From an uncultured virus (IMG/VR IMGVR_UViG_3300032893_002794) (Duplodnaviria; Heunggongvirae; Uroviricota; Caudoviricetes): a stretch of 64,000 nt of DNA. Shown in pieces: positions 58,410 through 64,000 of this stretch; within the stretch, counting starts at the first letter, position 1; every line of letters begins with the position of its first letter. The notes under the pieces are model-generated. The model did not search any database and was not told where the DNA came from. It saw only the letters and a program-made list of their open reading frames with translations. The stretch is taken from the IMG/VR virus record IMGVR_UViG_3300032893_002794; one strand, 5' to 3'. The translations under genes were made by a program, and so were the position numbers.

Positions 58410-59327
58410 TCACGGCGTCGTCCCCGTGATGATGCACTCGACGACGTCACCCCGCCCCTCGCCGTCGCAGCTGATCTTGCGCTTGGCCTTGACCTTCCGG
58501 ACGCTGAACTTGCGGATCTGATATTCCGCCACTAAGAGATCGTCGAGCGCCTGCGACACAACAACATGAGCCCCGCGGTCGCGCAGCTTTTCGGCGAGCT
58601 CGACGAGCTCCCTGTGTCGAGCCGCATCGAACCCGTCCCTCGTGTACCTCGTGAAGTGGGCCGTCCTCGACCTCGGCACGTACGGAGGGTCGAGGTACAC
58701 GAGCGCCCCCCGCAGCAAGTTGGCATCGCGGTGCAGGACCCCCAGCAGGTACTCTTCAAATGACTGGCAACGGAAAGTCGTAGTCCTCTCTCGCATGAAA
58801 TCAGCGCAGTCCCGCAGGTTCAAGGTGTCGCAGACGGTAACCCCTCCGTCCTTGCACCACGAGACGTTGTACTCCCCCCGGGAGTTGACCCGGTAGAGGC
58901 CGTTGTAGCAAGTCTTGTTGAGGAAGATGAACCTCGCAGCCGCCTCGACGTCCATCGGCTCGCCCAGCCCCGGGACGAGACTTCGCCCCCTCTCCCTGTA
59001 GTAGGTCCTCTCGGGATCTCGTCGATATTGAGACTCGATCATGGAGAGGTCACCGATCAGATGATCGGAGCTCCACGCCACCGCCTGCCACGCGTTCATG
59101 AGCGCCGGGCACGCGTCATTGAGCTCGGCGTACTTGGGCCCGAGGTGGAAGTAGAGGGCCCCTCCCCCAACGAACGGCTCGTAGTAGTAGTCCCTCATCG
59201 GATCCCAAGCCGGAGGCACCGCCTCCCGCAGCTCCGAGAGCAGCTGCGTCTTGCCGCCCGCCCACTTGACGAACGGCCGCGCCCGGACCTCCTCGCGAGG
59301 GAACGTCACACCCGACTCCAGCCGCAC
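58410..59327 (-). CDS. dam: Dam-family (D12) N6-adenine DNA methyltransferase
   Basis: PFVKWAGGK, YEPFVGGGA, FIFLNKTCYNGLYRVN, YLDPPY. Confidence 0.9.
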   Translation of the reverse strand: MRLESGVTFPREEVRARPFVKWAGGKTQLLSELREAVPPAWDPMRDYYYEPFVGGGALYFHLGPKYAELNDACPALMNAWQAVAWSSDHLIGDLSMIESQYRRDPERTYYRERGRSLVPGLGEPMDVEAAARFIFLNKTCYNGLYRVNSRGEYNVSWCKDGGVTVCDTLNLRDCADFMRERTTTFRCQSFEEYLLGVLHRDANLLRGALVYLDPPYVPRSRTAHFTRYTRDGFDAARHRELVELAEKLRDRGAHVVVSQALDDLLVAEYQIRKFSVRKVKAKRKISCDGEGRGDVVECIITGTTP

Positions 59328-60257
59328 TGCTCGAGCACATCCTTACCCACCGACGTCGCCGCAACGCCGAGAGGTTTCACCAGCACCTTGACCGGGCGTC
59401 CCTCCTCCCACACGATGTCGTTGACCTCGAAGATCGCCCGCTCCGACCTGCCCTCGCAGGCGAACTTGTCGCCGATCCTGGGCAGCCCGTGCGGGCCGAT
59501 CTCCACCTGCTTCGACATGGGGCCGTAGACCTCAGCACCGTTAGGCATGTAGCTCCCGACGCAGTACAAAACGCAGTACATCCTGACGAATCCTGTCCCA
59601 TTTTTCATCTTCACGCGAGCTCCTCCCGCCGGCATCGCAGCCAGCGCAGCAAGATACGACTCAGACCTCCCGTTATGCGCGAACAAGTCGGACGCCCTAG
59701 CGGCGATCTGCCTGCCTAGATCTGACGATGCCACTAGCAGACCTCGCCCTTCGGGATCTGAGTGAGGCTCGGCACCTGATCCAAGTGATCACGCACGGAC
59801 TTCTCGACAGCTCTGATGAGACCGTCGCTCGACGGTCCTCCCTCGAGCTCGGGTGCCTCGAGCACGCAGCACTGGGAGCTCCCCTCGACCACGACCGCTA
59901 CTACCACCAAGAGACCGCCGTGACTGTCGCATTTCTTCGAGAGACTGTCGGCCGCCTTCTTCACCACCGACTCCAGATCAAACGGAGTCGACTTGAACGA
60001 CTTCTGCGATCTCTTGCCCTGCTTCTCCATCAACTTCAAGACGCACTGAAAGCCTGAAGGCTCTCCTGGTATGTCTCTGATGTCGAAGAACCAGGAGCCA
60101 TGATCGTGCCTGGCCCGAATACGAGCTCTTGATACCCTCCTTGATAAGAGCTTCATCTTCTGGAGCTCTGAGATCAGATCTTCACCTCTGAGCTCGACGG
60201 ACTCACTCCTCTCGAACTCTTCACCCTCGGGAGTGACGTCGAAGACTCGATAGACAG

Positions 60258-60806
60258 TCATCGAGCCCTCGACTTCTGCCAATGTGCCTTGTCTACCAGG
60301 GCGTCCAGCTCGCGGGCCGCGTACTCGCCCAGGTGCTCCTTCACGATCTTCCTAGCCGACCGCACGTCGACAGCTCCCAGCACGACCAACGTCTTGACGT
60401 CTGACACGTCCTTGTCGCGAGCTGCCGCCATCTTCAGGGCCAGGAGGTAGTCAGGCCTCACCACCTTGAGCGGCAAACCCACGTCGACCGCGTGATCGAC
60501 AGCCGCCACGTAGAGCGGCCGGTACTCGTCGGACCGAACCACCAATTTAACAGTGTGTCCCTGAGGAGTTCTCGCCACTACTCCCCCGAAGATGAGCTCC
60601 TCGACGTGCTCGACTCCCGGTAAGTATTCGTCTACCAGAGCCACGTCGACGTCCTTCGTGAGACGGTCCGACCCGTACGCCATCATCGCGACACCACCTA
60701 TGAGAGCAGCGTCGATGTCTTCTCGCGCCGCCATCTCGGCGACCTCAGCGATGGTCGCCTCGATGACGGCGGGGTCTAAGAACTTCACCCTCTTCTCGTT
60801 TCCCAT
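60258..60806 (-). CDS. Pol-beta-superfamily nucleotidyltransferase
   Basis: LIGGVAMMAYG...TKDVD and LALKMAAARDKD. Confidence 0.82.
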   Translation of the reverse strand: MGNEKRVKFLDPAVIEATIAEVAEMAAREDIDAALIGGVAMMAYGSDRLTKDVDVALVDEYLPGVEHVEELIFGGVVARTPQGHTVKLVVRSDEYRPLYVAAVDHAVDVGLPLKVVRPDYLLALKMAAARDKDVSDVKTLVVLGAVDVRSARKIVKEHLGEYAARELDALVDKAHWQKSRAR

Positions 60807-60830
60807 AAAGAGATCCTTCTTTTGATTCAC

Positions 60831-60860
60831 ATTTTTACCGGCAATTGTACCAAGTGTCAA
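60831..60860 (-). promoter_or_regulatory. Sigma70-type promoter
   Basis: TTGACA-N17-TAAAAAT upstream of the NTase. Confidence 0.55.
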
Positions 60861-60863
60861 CTG

Positions 60864-61847
60864 CTAAAATAATTTGAGCTGCCTCCCGAGCCTCTCGCTC
60901 ATCTGACGCCGCATATCACCATGAGCGGGAAACCCCACGACGCACCTGCGAGCCGCCACGCTGCACAGCCTGCAGGTGGCGCAGGACACTCCCTCCCGGG
61001 ACACGGCCGGGCAGACGACCACCCTGCGCCCCCCGGGCGTCACGACCTTGGGCGGGTTGTGCTCGGGCAGGGTCACGACCACCGGTCCCAGGCAGAGCTC
61101 AGCCAGACTGTCAGCTTGCTCGACGCCGTCGGCCGACAGATTGATGACGAGCCCTCCTCGGAGCGTCGCCCGGCGCAGGGCCGCCCGGTTGGCGAGAGCC
61201 GTGCTGCCCGTCCCGAGCACCGGCTTGTGGGTGTACGTGAACCCCCTCGTGCGGCGGGCCGCCTCGCAGAGGTCGCGGAGCAGGTCGGACGCCACGTCGT
61301 CGCCTTCACCCGGAAGGTCGCCTGCCTCGTTGTGGCGCCATAGCTGGCCTCCGGGCAGCTCCCTCACCCGCTCGAGAAAGTCGTCCCAGGGCAAGCCGGC
61401 CCCCAGCGAGAGCCGCCGCCAGTGCATGCCGGTGAAGTGGTGCTCGGCGTAGCACCCGCGACCGAGCCAGGGGCACGAGGTCGGGCAGGTCTCCGCGCTC
61501 GTCATCGACACCGGTATCGGCCCCGTCTTCGTGTTGCGAGAGCACGAGGTCCACTTGACGAGCAGACGACTCAAAGGAGCTGCCGGTCTCCTCTCGGCTC
61601 CCTGCCTCTGCCCGCTCCGACAAATGTAGCAGCACCTGACCCTCCTCCCCGCGCTCATGAAGTAAGCGACCTCCCGCCACGTGTAGCACTCCCTGCACCG
61701 TACCTCCTCTACGCCAGTGCCGCCGCAGACGGGGCACGGATCTCGGAGTCGTAGCTCCCCCCGGCATGCCGTGCACACCTTCTCGTAGGCGCGCGACTTG
61801 AGCTCGCTGGCGATCACCTGACCCGCCTCCTGGGCAGACCAAACCAC
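60864..61847 (-). CDS. Cys-rich phage protein, radical-SAM-like, with N-terminal Zn fingers
   Basis: NTKTG...CPTSCP...CYA, RHNEAGD, FTYTH, NLSAD, VCPA...CATCRLC...FPAHG. Confidence 0.6.
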   Translation of the reverse strand: MVWSAQEAGQVIASELKSRAYEKVCTACRGELRLRDPCPVCGGTGVEEVRCRECYTWREVAYFMSAGRRVRCCYICRSGQRQGAERRPAAPLSRLLVKWTSCSRNTKTGPIPVSMTSAETCPTSCPWLGRGCYAEHHFTGMHWRRLSLGAGLPWDDFLERVRELPGGQLWRHNEAGDLPGEGDDVASDLLRDLCEAARRTRGFTYTHKPVLGTGSTALANRAALRRATLRGGLVINLSADGVEQADSLAELCLGPVVVTLPEHNPPKVVTPGGRRVVVCPAVSREGVSCATCRLCSVAARRCVVGFPAHGDMRRQMSERLGRQLKLF

Positions 61848-63013
61848 CTGAGCAAGAGTCTCAAGATCCCTCTCCCTGACCTATCGTATCGCGCTGACGA
61901 TCGCCTCTCGTAGTCCCTTCTCCTAGATCTCCCACTCGTCACCTCGCGGGGTCGCATGAGCTCACCAGCTTCCTCACTACCTTCGCCGTGTTGTTGGGAC
62001 CGTGGGCCGGCACCTTGACTAAGACGTGCTCGCTGTCGAAGTCGAGCACCAACACCAATACCCCGTCGCCGATCACCTCGCGATTCGCGACGACGACGGC
62101 GACCTCCCTCTCATCAGCGTCGGTAAATGTCGCGACCTTCTCGGTCGAAAATAGACCAGGTTTAACGGACGCCCGCATCGTAGCTACTTGTTGGCGGTGA
62201 ATCATGATCTTTTGCCTCTCCGGAAGTTTTCTTCTCCACGACTGGCCTTCGTGATCGGTGAACAGGACACCCGACCATCCTTCAGTCGTCGCTGTGAACA
62301 TACCGCGCTGTCGATCTGCACCCGTGACTTCTCCTGTCCGGACGTCTCCATCAGACAGCACACCGAAAATCACCTGGATGGAATCACCGACCTCCGGAAA
62401 TCTCTTGGCAACCCGATCTGCCATCATGCTGCCCTCGCCTCCTCGCATCCTAGATTGGTCCGAACGCATCCTCTTACTCCACCGCACGCTACTATCTTCC
62501 CAGATCGCAGCTCTGTAACTCCAAGAGAGCACTCGCTAGGTCAGTCTTTCCGGCCACCACCAAGTCCTCGATGGAGACGAGCCCCACCTCAAGTGCTCGA
62601 ACGCCTGGTCGCTGACACTGACGTCTCGACACTTGACAGCGAGCGGCCTCGTCGCCAGTGGGCTCGTGATCTTGAGCTCGATCGTTATCGTCTTCATGGC
62701 ATCCTCCTGTGTTCAACCAGCCGCTCCCACCGAGCGGCCCGTCAGCGCGCAGCGGTTGCACACCGCCACCCGCACCCGGTTACCGACGGTGGTCAGCTCG
62801 TCGCACGTGTGGCACCGCACCTCCTCCCTGGGCTCGTGGGCGTCCTTCCAGCGCCTGCACGCGAGCACGGCGATCCGGTCTGCCAGCACCTTGACAGTCT
62901 CGGACTTGGTCCCGGGAGCCACGTGGGGAGCCAGCATGAGCGCCACCTCCTTGGCGAACATAACCACCCTCTCGTCGTAGTCGAAGTCTATGAGCAGCTG
63001 CCCCGAAGCCACG

Positions 63014-63286
63014 TCACTCACCTCCTCTCGGCGGTCTTCCCACCCGAGCCGGTATGACGCCTAGGTCGATCTGGAGCACCTGCACCCTCCTGTAGAGGTA
63101 CGTCCGCGGCACCCCGAGAGCCGCCGCGGCGCGAGTGCGCGAGCCCCCGCACGACTGCAGAGCCTGTATGATGAGTATCCGCTCGTGCAGCGCCATGATC
63201 TGGGGCAGAGTGCGAGGCGGCTGCCGCTCTCCGCTTCTCTCGACGGAGGCGTCTCGCCGCCCCATCCTTTGGCTTGGCATTGGCAT
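63014..63286 (-). CDS. Stand-alone Fis-family HTH protein
   Basis: ERILIIQALQSCGGSRTRAAAALGVPRTYLYRRV. Confidence 0.85.
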   Translation of the reverse strand: MPMPSQRMGRRDASVERSGERQPPRTLPQIMALHERILIIQALQSCGGSRTRAAAALGVPRTYLYRRVQVLQIDLGVIPARVGRPPRGGE

Positions 63287-63492
63287 CTCGACCTCCTTTC
63301 AGAGTCTCCAAGTACCCTTGATCCACCGCATGCTCATAGAGCTCCAGCTTCATCTCGTGCATGTATCCCAGCACCGACCCCCTGCGCTTGTACCGATGTT
63401 TCTTGGACACCTTCAAGTGCTCGTAGGCGTCCCGAAATGCCATGTTGAGCCGGAACTCGTCATACCCGGGCAGCCCGTGCCGCCTGCCCCAG

Positions 63493-64000
63493 CTAGACGG
63501 CACGCGAGCCCCTCCCGCATGCGGACTCGTCGCTCGTCGAGTGGAGATCTCCGCACTCCTCGCACCTGCAGAGGCTCGCGCGCAGAGCGCCTATGGCCTC
63601 GTTCTTGATCTGGCATACGCGACTCTCCGTCAAGCCCAGCCTCCTGCCGATCGACTTGAGGGTGTTGTCTTCTCGGTAGTACCACGTGACGACGTCCCGG
63701 AGCCTGCCGGGCAGCCGCCCGACGGCCTCCCACAGGAGGTCGCGGCTCTCGCGGTCGAGCATCTGGGACTCGATGCTGCCTTCACAGGCGATCTCCTCCA
63801 GGTCGTCGACCCTCATCTTGCGCACTAAGCACCACGCCGGCACGGCCTCCTCGCCGCCGGCGGCGATGGCCTGCCGGCCGTCCCGCTTGACGTGGTCCAT
63901 CGTTCGGAGCTCGTCGTACATGGCCCCGCGGACCCTGTGTACGGCGTACGCGCGCCAGAAGTCCATCACCTGGAGCTTCGCGGGGTCGTAGTTCCGCCAC
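63493..64000 (-). CDS. FliA/WhiG-like RNA polymerase sigma factor; N-terminus lies beyond the window
   Basis: YDP...YAVHRVRGAMYDELR (region 2) and LP...YYREDNTLKSIGRRLGLTESRVCQI (region 4); frame is open to the window edge. Confidence 0.88.
   Translation of the reverse strand, partial: WRNYDPAKLQVMDFWRAYAVHRVRGAMYDELRTMDHVKRDGRQAIAAGGEEAVPAWCLVRKMRVDDLEEIACEGSIESQMLDRESRDLLWEAVGRLPGRLRDVVTWYYREDNTLKSIGRRLGLTESRVCQIKNEAIGALRASLCRCEECGDLHSTSDESACGRGSRAV

Overview
A GC-rich 64-kb segment that reads as part of a large bacterial virus or provirus genome. About 120 tightly packed genes lie mostly on the minus strand, and there are no host housekeeping operons. Host-like cargo (GTGG-linker PilX protein, PhaR N-domain, RRM protein, Fis-type HTH, FliA-like sigma) suggests a Myxococcota-like host; this is inference. 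The left end (1-5.6 kb) is a probable virion module: beta-rich proteins, small membrane proteins, a ~200-aa candidate jelly-roll capsid protein with three dispersed paralogs, and a transglutaminase-like Cys protease whose catalytic Cys is split by a LAGLIDADG intein. No HK97 capsid, portal, terminase or tail gene is recognisable in the window. A PilX-like gene sits between two near-identical tRNA-Met(CAT) genes. Two complete insertion elements have clear inverted repeats and 8-bp target duplications: an IS1-family element carrying a CapRel-like fused toxSAS and a P63C gene, and an IS1595-family element that interrupts a resident gene. The rest is an early/middle region with ThyX, Tmk, nucleoside deoxyribosyltransferase, HD, NUDIX, Nmad5, a Dda/RecD2 helicase, a HerA-like ATPase, Dam, two GT2-TPR glycosyltransferases and three peptidoglycan hydrolases. 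It also has a C5 methyltransferase apparently split over two nested reading frames. All family calls come from visual motif recognition, not database searches.
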